A DNA stretch of 64,000 bases from positions 1,312,001-1,376,000 of the forward strand of contig CAVTJJ010000004.1 of assembly GCA_963735035.1 (NCBI GenBank). The letters are read 5' to 3'. This document shows positions 1 through 8,743 of this stretch, one piece after another (position 1 is the stretch's first letter; each line of letters starts with the position of its first letter). The notes below the pieces were generated by a model that was not told the origin of the DNA, did not search any database, and was given only the letters and a program-made list of their open reading frames with translations. The translations under genes were made by a program, and so were the position numbers. Source of the DNA: an uncultured candidate division Zixibacteria bacterium. Lineage in GTDB: Bacteria; Zixibacteria; MSB-5A5; GN15; FEB-12.

Positions 1-2
1 AG

Positions 3-134
3 GTGAAGATGGAAATATCGGGCCCCCTGGCGAGTCGCCGCGATCTGGTCAAGCGGTTCAATCTTGAGGATGATTTCTACGGCACGCTCAAACGGGCCGA
101 CAAAATGGTTAAGCTTTTGAGAGGTTCTGTATGA
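3..134 (+). CDS. 3' end of a hypothetical protein running in from the window edge
   Basis: Open frame VKMEISGPL...LLRGSV* whose TGA overlaps the next ATG (ATGA at 131-134). Confidence 0.55.
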   Translation: MKMEISGPLASRRDLVKRFNLEDDFYGTLKRADKMVKLLRGSV

Positions 135-493
135 AAGCCACTATTGTAACTACCGCGCTACTTATTGCCGGGCTCGCCGATCGGGTCGATGCGGCCAACC
201 TGGCGGTCATTGCCAGCCCGCCGGCGTTCCTGAATTTGATCGTGCTCGGCCTGGCGGTTGGGGCCATCGTAATCGGCTTGCCGATGCTTCGGACGATCAA
301 AGGCGGATATCTGAGCCGTCCCTGGCAGTTGTTCCTCGCCGGTTTCGCATTGATGGCTCTGGCGCAACTTCTGGGACTCATCCGGACGTTGGAAATAGCG
401 GACATCCCGATGTGGATATCTCCTGCTCTTACGGCTGTCTGTGTGGGGGCGTTTTTCTACGCCGTATTTGAGACGAAAAAGGTGCTGGGATAA
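131..493 (+). CDS. Small multi-pass membrane protein, function unknown
   Basis: 120 aa with 3-4 hydrophobic segments; GAGG upstream. Confidence 0.7.
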   Translation: MKATIVTTALLIAGLADRVDAANLAVIASPPAFLNLIVLGLAVGAIVIGLPMLRTIKGGYLSRPWQLFLAGFALMALAQLLGLIRTLEIADIPMWISPALTAVCVGAFFYAVFETKKVLG

Positions 494-504
494 GCTGATT
501 TGTG

Positions 505-533
505 TTGACATAACCGCTTGGGAGATATATAAA
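505..533 (+). promoter_or_regulatory. sigma70-type promoter for the mgl/roadblock operon
   Basis: TTGACA-N17-TATAAA. Confidence 0.6.
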
Positions 534-598
534 TAACGTTACGTGAAATAGTCTCCCGGGTAACCGATTGCAAATGTTGTACTTGTGAGCAAATACCG

Positions 599-1447
599 AT
601 GACGGTCAATGTCGAAATAGACAGCCGCATATTGAAGTGCCAGAAGATCTTGGAGATGGATCCCAACTCCCAGATCTTTGCGGCGCTGGCTGAGGCCTAT
701 CGGAAGAAGGGCGAGCTTGAAAAAGCATTTCAGGTTTGCCACAGCGGACTCCGCATTCATCCGAATTACGGCGCCGCGCATCTGGTAATGGCCAAAGTCA
801 ATCTCGATCGCGGTCTGTACGATTGGGCTGCGACCGAAGTGGAGAAAGCTCGTGAGGCCGGGGGCGACCTTCGCACAATCGAGTTGCTTTTGGCCGAGAT
901 CAATATCTACAAGGGCGAATTTCAAGCGGCGATCAAATCCCTCAAGCGACTGTCAACCTCCGATCCGGGCAACATGCACGTGAAGCGGCTTTTGGAAATT
1001 GCGACCCGGATACCGGAAGAGCAACAGGAGCAGACCGGCGAGCCGGCGGAAACGAAATCTCCCGACCCGGCCGTGATTCCTCAAGCGGAATCACCGAACC
1101 GCATCATACCGGCGGATCTGTTGGCGGAAGCGCTTCGCATTCGCGGTGTCGAAGGCGCTCTGTTTATCAACGCCGAAGGTCTCGTGATCGAATCCCGGTG
1201 GGAAGCCGGTGTCGACCAGACCACTTGTGGCGCGGTGATGGCGGAAGTGAATACGTTCGTCGAACAGGAATTGATGAAGATATCTTTCGGACGGGTGACG
1301 ACGGTTCTAATTGAAACTTCCACCCTGGTGTTTTATATCATGATCGTTCCGGGTGGGATGTTTTTGATAGCAGGCGGAAGCGGGATCAATCTGGGTTCGT
1401 TGCGGATGAAAATGGCCACGCTGTTGGATAGGGTTCAGACCAGCTAG
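599..1447 (+). CDS. TPR protein with C-terminal Roadblock/LC7 (MglB-like) domain
   Basis: N-terminal TPR-like helices (FAALAEAYRKKGELEKA; HPNYGAAHLVMAKV), Pro-rich linker, then roadblock signature GVEGALFINAEGLVI. Confidence 0.8.
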   Translation: MTVNVEIDSRILKCQKILEMDPNSQIFAALAEAYRKKGELEKAFQVCHSGLRIHPNYGAAHLVMAKVNLDRGLYDWAATEVEKAREAGGDLRTIELLLAEINIYKGEFQAAIKSLKRLSTSDPGNMHVKRLLEIATRIPEEQQEQTGEPAETKSPDPAVIPQAESPNRIIPADLLAEALRIRGVEGALFINAEGLVIESRWEAGVDQTTCGAVMAEVNTFVEQELMKISFGRVTTVLIETSTLVFYIMIVPGGMFLIAGGSGINLGSLRMKMATLLDRVQTS

Positions 1448-1458
1448 GTAGGGCGCAT

Positions 1459-2463
1459 ATGGAACTGACCGGTCAAATCAATCGTCGGATCATTATCTTC
1501 TCACTGGCGGCGATCATTCTGCCACTCGTGGCGTTTCCCGCCCGGCTGGGGACTGATCTGGCCAGGGCGGCGTTCATCAACGCCCTGTACGAAGTGGTCT
1601 TTTACGGGGCCGTACTCTTTGTCTTTCACCGCCGCACCACGCTGCTAAAGCTGGTTCAGGGAGCGGGCGTTTGTCTCGTTTACCGCCTGGCTCAGGGAGC
1701 CGCCTTCGGTCTCTTGATTGCTGCGATTCATTCCATGCAATTGAAAGCCTCGTTGTCTCTGGGGATGTCCGCCTATCTGCCGGCGATCTTCTTCCAAATC
1801 ATCCTCGCGCCGTTTGCTTTGAAGCCGGCGCTCGATCAGTTGTATGAAGAAAGCACTCCCCGGCAGCGCGCTTTGAACGCGCCGGCCATGAATGACCGCG
1901 CCGACATGAGGCGGACGTCACTGGCCGTATCGAGAGACAGGTCACACCAATCTGACGAAGATTCCGTTCCTCGTGCGTTCCGACCCATGCCGCGTCCGGA
2001 CAGTGCGAACTCGTCGCGGTCCATGGAATCGTCGACCGGTCACCTTCGAATCGATCAAAATGGGTTTGATCGCGCCGTGAGATACATCGGCGAACACGCC
2101 TCGGTTCATCTGGCGGTCGTGCTCGACAACGAAGGCTTGGTGTTGGGCCATTACCGGCGGGGAAACATCGAGCCGGAAGAATGGGCGCCGCTGGCCCTGC
2201 TTCTGGTGGATGGCGGTGATCGTGTCCTGGCGCGCGGTCATCTGAACGGGCTCGAAAAGATGGATCTGGTTCTGAAAGATAAACGTCTGATCGTGGCTCG
2301 TCCCGATGGTTGTCATTTGATGGTGCTGTCCGAGAGACATGAGGATGAGCTCCTGAATATTCGTATCAATCAGTCGCTCGACATGATTAACAAGTTTGTC
2401 GCCGAGCGTTACGGCGCGAAGTTGAACCCGAACGCGGAGAGAGTACATGTACCAAGTGCTTAG
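1459..2463 (+). CDS. Membrane protein with C-terminal Roadblock/LC7 domain
   Basis: About 4 N-terminal TM segments, Arg/Ser-rich linker, then VHLAVVLDNEGLVLG...LNIRINQ. Confidence 0.75.
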   Translation: MELTGQINRRIIIFSLAAIILPLVAFPARLGTDLARAAFINALYEVVFYGAVLFVFHRRTTLLKLVQGAGVCLVYRLAQGAAFGLLIAAIHSMQLKASLSLGMSAYLPAIFFQIILAPFALKPALDQLYEESTPRQRALNAPAMNDRADMRRTSLAVSRDRSHQSDEDSVPRAFRPMPRPDSANSSRSMESSTGHLRIDQNGFDRAVRYIGEHASVHLAVVLDNEGLVLGHYRRGNIEPEEWAPLALLLVDGGDRVLARGHLNGLEKMDLVLKDKRLIVARPDGCHLMVLSERHEDELLNIRINQSLDMINKFVAERYGAKLNPNAERVHVPSA

Positions 2464-2773
2464 CAATCTTAACAAGACTCCCGGGGTCACCGGATCGATG
2501 GTAGTCGGTAACGACGGCATCGTGATTGCCGCCGACATGGCTTCCGGTTTCGAGGGAGAAACGGTCGGGGCCCTGGCCGCTTCGATCACTTCCAACATCC
2601 AGAAATCGCTGGATCGGCTGGAGGCTACTCCCTGGGCTCAGGTGACAATCGAAGCCGACAGCGCCAAGTTGTTCTTTACCGATGCCGGTCTCGGTATACT
2701 GGTGGTCACTACCGAGAAAGTGGTGAACATCGGTTTGATCCGTCTGGAGATAAGAATGCGATCGACAAAATAA
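2447..2773 (+). CDS. Stand-alone Roadblock/LC7 protein; last residues probably frameshifted
   Basis: TPGVTGSMVVGNDGIVIA...VNIGLIRLEI; an alternate frame near 2753 continues NAIDKIK. Confidence 0.85.
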   Translation: MYQVLSNLNKTPGVTGSMVVGNDGIVIAADMASGFEGETVGALAASITSNIQKSLDRLEATPWAQVTIEADSAKLFFTDAGLGILVVTTEKVVNIGLIRLEIRMRSTK

Positions 2774-2815
2774 AACTGCCGTCCTAAACGGAGAGAGGAA
2801 TAGGACCGCTCAACT

Positions 2816-3895
2816 ATGGTATCAATCAACTACTCGGCCCGCGAGGTCTGCTGCAAGATCGTCTATTACGGTCCGGGACTGTCCGGCAAGACGACCAATC
2901 TGCAGTACGTCCATTCCCGGGTGCCGCAGAACACGCGAGGCAAGCTGATCTCGCTGGCGACCGAGGCCGACCGGACGCTGTACTTTGATTTCCTGCCGAT
3001 CAACATCGGCACGATCAACGACTTCCAGGCGAAGTTCCAGTTGTACACCGTCCCCGGCCAGGTCTACTACAACGCCACCCGCAAGCTGGTCTTGCGCGGC
3101 GTCGACGGTCTCGTCTTTGTGGCCGACAGTCAGCCCGACAAGATGGACGAGAACATCGAATCATTGGCCAACCTCGAAGATAACCTTCGGGAATACGGCT
3201 ACGACATGGCCCTGTTGCCGCTGGTGATACAGTACAACAAGCGCGATTTGCCCGGTGTCCTGAGTCTCGATGAACTCAACGCGCGGCTCAATCCGAGAGG
3301 GGTGCCGTTCTTCGAGGCGTCCGCTCCACAGGGCAAGGGCGTGTTCGATACTCTTAAGTTGATCATCAAACTCGTGCTCGACAAAGCCAAGGCGACCGGG
3401 GCTTCGGCGATGCCTCGTCGCACTGAAGCTGTCGCGGCGCCACCCGCCGCCGAGGCGCCGTATCCGTCGGTCGAACGAGTTCCGATCATGGCCCATGTCG
3501 AATCGGCTCCGGTGCAGATTCCGAAGCCGACACCACAACCGGTGGCCGCTTCGGCCAACTGGGAAGCGACCGCACAGGCGACTCCGACGGCCTGGGCCGG
3601 CGAGCATGAGGCTCATCCGCATGATCCGACCGCTTCCGAAGAGATGGGGGTTCGGCCGTATCCAGGCACGGATCGTGGCCACACCGGTGAGCTGCGTCGT
3701 ACCGGCCGTATAGGGCTGGGTGCGGTTACAAAGGAACTTCCCGCTGATTCGATAGGAAAGAATGTTAACTCCGAGGGTGCCGACCAGGTCCCGGGGATGT
3801 CATCGATGAACACACCGCAGATGGCTCCCTCTCTCAGGCGTCGCGGTCTGGCCAAGAAGCGCGGCTTCTTCAGACGCCTGTTCGGAATGAAATAG
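2816..3895 (+). CDS. mglA: MglA-family small GTPase with ~170-aa C-terminal extension
   Basis: KIVYYGPGLSGKTTNL, ADRTLYFDF, YTVPGQVYY, QYNKRD, EASA. Confidence 0.93.
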   Translation: MVSINYSAREVCCKIVYYGPGLSGKTTNLQYVHSRVPQNTRGKLISLATEADRTLYFDFLPINIGTINDFQAKFQLYTVPGQVYYNATRKLVLRGVDGLVFVADSQPDKMDENIESLANLEDNLREYGYDMALLPLVIQYNKRDLPGVLSLDELNARLNPRGVPFFEASAPQGKGVFDTLKLIIKLVLDKAKATGASAMPRRTEAVAAPPAAEAPYPSVERVPIMAHVESAPVQIPKPTPQPVAASANWEATAQATPTAWAGEHEAHPHDPTASEEMGVRPYPGTDRGHTGELRRTGRIGLGAVTKELPADSIGKNVNSEGADQVPGMSSMNTPQMAPSLRRRGLAKKRGFFRRLFGMK

Positions 3896-3913
3896 ATAGG
3901 TTTGGAGGACGTT

Positions 3914-4399
3914 ATGTCTGATGACGGTTTGATCATTTACGAAGAAGAAATCGCAACCATTGACACGCTTCTCAAGAAGATGTTGAAGGGGGCCGAGGCC
4001 AAGTGCGCGCTCCTCGTGGACAAGGATGGCCATCTGATTACGCGCCAGGGCTTCACCCATTCGCTCGACACCACGGCGCTTGCGGCGCTTCTGGCCGGGT
4101 CGTTCGCCTCGACGAAAGAGATCGCGCGTCTGGTCGGTGAGCCGGAATTCTCCGTGTTGTTTCACCAGGGCAAGAAAGACCACATCCACATGTCGATTGT
4201 GGGCGAACGGTCCATTCTGGTGGTGATCTTCGACGATCGCACCACGATCGGTATGGTGCGTCTGTATGCCAAGGAGACGTCGGAAGAATTGTCCCGGGTG
4301 TTTCGCACCCATACTGAGCGCAAACAGCCGAACGAGGCCCTGAGCGACGATTTCTCGGACAAGACGCAGGAAAGGCTCAACGACATTTTTCAGGACTGA
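3914..4399 (+). CDS. mglB: MglB GTPase-activating protein (Myxococcus-type, acidic C-terminal helix)
   Basis: IIYEEE..LLVDKDGHLI..DTTALAALLAG..GEPEFSVLFHQG..VIFDDRTTIGMVRL; GGAGGA RBS. Confidence 0.9.
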   Translation: MSDDGLIIYEEEIATIDTLLKKMLKGAEAKCALLVDKDGHLITRQGFTHSLDTTALAALLAGSFASTKEIARLVGEPEFSVLFHQGKKDHIHMSIVGERSILVVIFDDRTTIGMVRLYAKETSEELSRVFRTHTERKQPNEALSDDFSDKTQERLNDIFQD

Positions 4400-4480
4400 G
4401 TGACGCTTGTGTCCGTCCATTGCGGGTGCGTGGCTTCACGTGCAAACCGGTTACCGCTTGAATAAATGTAAAGATCACCT

Positions 4481-6185
4481 ATGTCTGTCGAACTCAGCGC
4501 CATTCTCGTAAAGGCAGGGAAGATTTCTCAGGAACAGGCCAATGCGGCGCTGGAACGTTCCAAGATATCCAAAGAGCAATTCTCTAAAGTCCTGGTCGAT
4601 ATGGGGGCGGTCACCTCGGAAGAAGAGGTCACCAGTTTTGTCGGCAAGCATCTCAAGATCGGCGCCCTGAGGCTGAGCGACGTCGAACTTAATCCCGAAA
4701 TCGTCAAGCTGATTCCGCTTGATATCGCCCGTAAATTCAAAGTCATCGCGATCAGCAAGATCGGCAAGACTCTACTCGTGGCGATCAGCGATCCGAACAA
4801 TATCTACGTCCTCGACGCCATCAAGTTCATAACCGGCTGCAATGTCCAGCCGGCCATCGCGCCCGAAAAAGCAATCGAAAAGGCGATCGAGCAGTATTAC
4901 ACCGATGCTGGCGCTCTCTCGGAAATCGTCAAGGGGATGGAAGACGATCCCGATCTCGAAGTCGTATCCGTGGAGGACGGGCCGTCGGAAACCGACCTGA
5001 TGTCGCAGATCCAGGACAAACCGCTGGTCAAGCTGGTCGATTCGATCATCGGCGATGCCATCCGGATGGGTGCTTCCGATATTCACTTCGAGATGTACGA
5101 AAAGCGGATACGTGTTCGGTATCGTATCGACGGTGAACTTCGGGAGATGGCCCCGCTGCCGTTCAAGTATCGGGCGGCGATTGTCTCGCGTATCAAGATC
5201 ATGGCCGAACTCGACATCTCGGAACGCCGCCTGCCGCAGGACGGACGCATCAAGATCAAGATCACCGGCCGCACGGTCGATCTTCGCGTCTCGGTCCTGC
5301 CGACAATTTTCGGCGAAAAAGTCGTGATGCGAATTCTCGATCCGAAGGCGCTGAAGATCGACATGACCCAACTCGGTTTCCGCCAGGAAGATCTCGACAA
5401 ATTTGCGGACAAGATTCACTCGCCCGTACGGGATCATTCTCGTGACCGGGCCGACCGGTTCGGGTAAAACGACGACGCTGTATTCGGCGCTTCAGCAGTT
5501 GAACACGATCGACGTGAATATCATGACCGCCGAGGACCCGGTGGAGTTCAACTTCGAGGGCATCAACCAGGTGGCGGTGAAATCGGAAATCGGCCTGACC
5601 TTTGCCGCGGCGCTTCAGGTCTTTCTTGCGACAGGACCCGGATATCATCATGGTCGGTGAAATTCGTGACTCCGAAACGGCCGAGATTGCCATCAAGGCC
5701 GCCCTTACCGGACACCTCGTGTTTTCGACCCTGCACACCAACGACGCTCCGTCGTCGGTCACGCGTCTTATCGATATGGGCGTGCCGAACTATCTCGTGG
5801 CCTCGGCAACCCAGTTGATCATGGCTCAGCGTATGTGCAAGAAGATCTGCCAGAAGTGCAAGGAAGAGGTCAACCTGACCGTCCGGAGCAGGTCGAGACG
5901 CCTGAAGATGCCCCCGGACATGCTCAAAGGTATCCGGGCATTTCAAGGGAAAGGGATGCAGCGCGTGCAACGATACCGGAAAGTCGGGACGAACCGGTAT
6001 CTACGAAGTTATGCCTATCACCTCGGCCCTTGAGGAATTGATCCTACAGGAAAGCCTCTGACACCGAGATACGCAGACTCGCCATGGAGGAGGGGATGTT
6101 TTCACTTCGTATGGCGGCAGTCGATAAAATGAAGCAGGGCATGATCAGTATCGAAGAAGTTTTTGCGGTCACTGGGACCAACTAA
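4481..6185 (+). CDS. pilB: Type IV pilus extension ATPase PilB, split by several frameshifts (probably sequencing errors)
   Basis: [60 protein letters not shown] in successive frames; TAA at 6183-6185. Confidence 0.9.
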
Positions 6186-6263
6186 GTCCGGCCACTTCTT
6201 GGTTTTCCGGCAGAATCCGCTGCCCATCAATCACTTATCATTGACAAGTAGGCTCTTTTCCGG

Positions 6264-6291
6264 TCAAGATTCGGCGATTTCTAGCCGATAT
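6264..6291 (+). promoter_or_regulatory. Putative sigma28/FliA-type promoter upstream of pilT
   Basis: TCAAGAT-N13-GCCGATAT; identical boxes and spacing recur at 26829-26856. Confidence 0.6.
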
Positions 6292-6350
6292 ACTGACAGT
6301 GGACCTTTATAGGTGTGAAGACTGTCCTTTTTCGGAATAGGAGATTGTCA

Positions 6351-7433
6351 ATGGTTTCGTTGCGCGAGCTTGCTGGATCAAATGGTTACGTATGGGGGCA
6401 TCCGACTTGCACTTGACCGTCGGGTCGCCGCCGGTCGTGCGTGTCGATGGCAAGCTTCAGAGAATGACCAGTACGACGTGCTCACCGGTGAAGAAACCAA
6501 GAAGCTCGCTTACTCCATGTTGAACGAGAAGCAGAAGCTCAAATTCGAACAGAATTGGGAACTGGATTTCTCGTTCGGTATCGAACAGTATGAGCCGTTT
6601 TCGCTGCAACATCTTCATGCAGCGCGGTAACGTGGCGGTCGTGCTGCGGCAGATTCCGTATAAGATGCAAGACCTTCGATCGAACTCGGCCTGCCCAAAG
6701 TGATCGCCGAATTCTCCAAGCTGCCGCGCGGTCTGGTGCTGGTAACCGGTCCGACCGGCTCGGGCAAGTCCACCACCCTGGCGGCGATTATCGACAAGAT
6801 CAACAAAGAGCGCCCGGTTCATATCATTACGGTGGAAGACCCGATTGAGTATTTGCACCGCCATCAGTTGGCGTTGATCAATCAGCGTGAAGTGTACTCC
6901 GACACCCCGTCGTTTGCGTCGGCGCTGAAGTACGCTCTCCGCGAGGATCCGGACGTAGTGCTGGTCGGTGAAATGCGCGATCTGGAAACGATCGAAGCGG
7001 CCCTTTCGATTTCGGAGACGGGTCACCTGGCGTTCGCCACGCTGCATACCAACTCCTGCGCCGAGACGATCAACCGTATCGTCGACGTATTCCCGACCAA
7101 CCAGCAGGAGCAGATTCGGGTGACGCTGTCGTTCACGCTACAGGCGGTGGTCTCACAGGTGTTGATCCCCAAGATCGGGGGCGGGCGAGTTCTGGCCATG
7201 GAGATCATGGTCGCCACGCCGGCGATGCGGGCGATCATTCGCGACGACAAGATCCACCAGTTGTACTCGATGATTCAGTCCGGACAGAAATACGGCATGA
7301 AGACGATGAACCAGTCGTTGTCGGAACTATACCAGGGTGGCAAGATTTCGCTGAACGATGCCATGGGCACAGTCACAACCCGCAGGAACTGGGCGAGATG
7401 CTTTCGCGTCAGAAAGCGCCGGCCTACACTTGA
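6351..7433 (+). CDS. pilT: Type IV pilus retraction ATPase PilT, frameshifted near both ends
   Basis: GASDLHLTVGSPPVVRVDG, GPTGSGKSTT, ITVEDPIE, ALREDPDVVLVGEMRD, AMRAIIRD (AIRNLIRE-like); AGGAG RBS. Confidence 0.9.
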
Positions 7434-7472
7434 TGCGGCGACGTGAGATAGGAACGAGAAAGGAATAGAGAT

Positions 7473-8672
7473 ATGCCAGTTTTCGAGTACAAAGGCAAGA
7501 CGCTGGCCGGGGCGGCCGTCCAGGGGATGATGAAAGCGAATACCCGCGCCGACCTTGAGCGGGTCCTCCGTCAGAACCGCGTCCTCGTATCTTCGATCAG
7601 CAAGCAGGCTCCCGAGATCAACATCAAGTTCGGCACCGGTATCAAGCGGGTCGAAATCTCCCGGTTTACGCGTCAGTTCGCGACCATGATCGGCGCCGGG
7701 TTGCCGATGGTGCAGTGTCTGGAGATTCTCGGGTCCCAGACCGAGAACAAGGAATTGTCCAAGATCGTAAACCAGGTTCGCGACGGCGTCCAGGGCGGTG
7801 CCACGCTTTCCGACGCCATGAAACGTCACCCCAAAATTTTCGATGAGTTGTACACGAACATGGTCGAAGCGGGTGAAGTCGGCGGTGCCCTCGATTCGAT
7901 TCTGGTCCGACTGGCCGTCTATCGCGAGAAATCGGATCAGCTCATCCGCAAAGTAAAAGGCGCTATGGTTTATCCGACCGTGGTTATGGCCGTCGCCGGA
8001 CTGGTGACCTTCGCCATGCTCACGTTTGTCGTGCCTACATTCGCCAAGATGTTCTCCGGCCTCGGCGCCGACCTTCCGGAACCGACCAAGATAGTGCTGG
8101 GGATATCGAATTTCCTGAAGGCCAATATTCTGTACATCTTTCTCGGTGTCGCCGGATTGTTCGTGGCCTTCATCTACTGGAAGAAAACGCCCACGGGCGG
8201 TATGGCCGTCGACAAGGGTATGTTGAAAGTCCCGGTTCTCGGCAACCTGATTCGCAAGTCGGCCGTCGCCCGCTTCACCCGTACGCTGGCGACCCTGCTG
8301 GCTTCAGGTGTCTCGATTCTGGAAGCGCTCGATATCACCGCCAAGACGGCCGGTAACCGGGTCGTGGCGAGAGCTATCAATCGCTCGGTGCTGGCCATTG
8401 CCGAAGGCGATACCATCACCGGTCCGTTGAAGGCGTCCGGCGTGTTCCCTCCGATGGTGACTCAGATGATCGGCGTTGGTGAAAAGACCGGCGGATTGGA
8501 CGACATGCTGAACAAGATCGCCGATTTCTACGACGAAGAAGTGGACGAGGCTGTCAGCGCTCTGACGTCGGTTATTGAGCCGATTATTATCTGTTTCCTG
8601 GGTGTAGTGATCGGTGGCATCATGATTGCCATGTATCTGCCGATGTTCGACATCATCGGGAAATTCAATTGA
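7473..8672 (+). CDS. pilC: Type IV pilus platform protein PilC
   Basis: FTRQFATMIGAGLP, MVEAGEVGGALD, GEKTGGLD, AMYLPMF. Confidence 0.95.
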   Translation: MPVFEYKGKTLAGAAVQGMMKANTRADLERVLRQNRVLVSSISKQAPEINIKFGTGIKRVEISRFTRQFATMIGAGLPMVQCLEILGSQTENKELSKIVNQVRDGVQGGATLSDAMKRHPKIFDELYTNMVEAGEVGGALDSILVRLAVYREKSDQLIRKVKGAMVYPTVVMAVAGLVTFAMLTFVVPTFAKMFSGLGADLPEPTKIVLGISNFLKANILYIFLGVAGLFVAFIYWKKTPTGGMAVDKGMLKVPVLGNLIRKSAVARFTRTLATLLASGVSILEALDITAKTAGNRVVARAINRSVLAIAEGDTITGPLKASGVFPPMVTQMIGVGEKTGGLDDMLNKIADFYDEEVDEAVSALTSVIEPIIICFLGVVIGGIMIAMYLPMFDIIGKFN

Positions 8673-8711
8673 CCGCCGGAAGACCGCTGCGATCTTAAGA
8701 GATAAAGGAAG

Positions 8712-8741
8712 AGCGGCCCGCCGGTGCGGGCCGCTTTGCTT
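8712..8741 (+). terminator. Hairpin between pilC and pilS (terminator or stabiliser)
   Basis: AGCGGCCCGC-CGGT-GCGGGCCGCT followed by TTGCTT. Confidence 0.5.
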
Positions 8742-8743
8742 AA

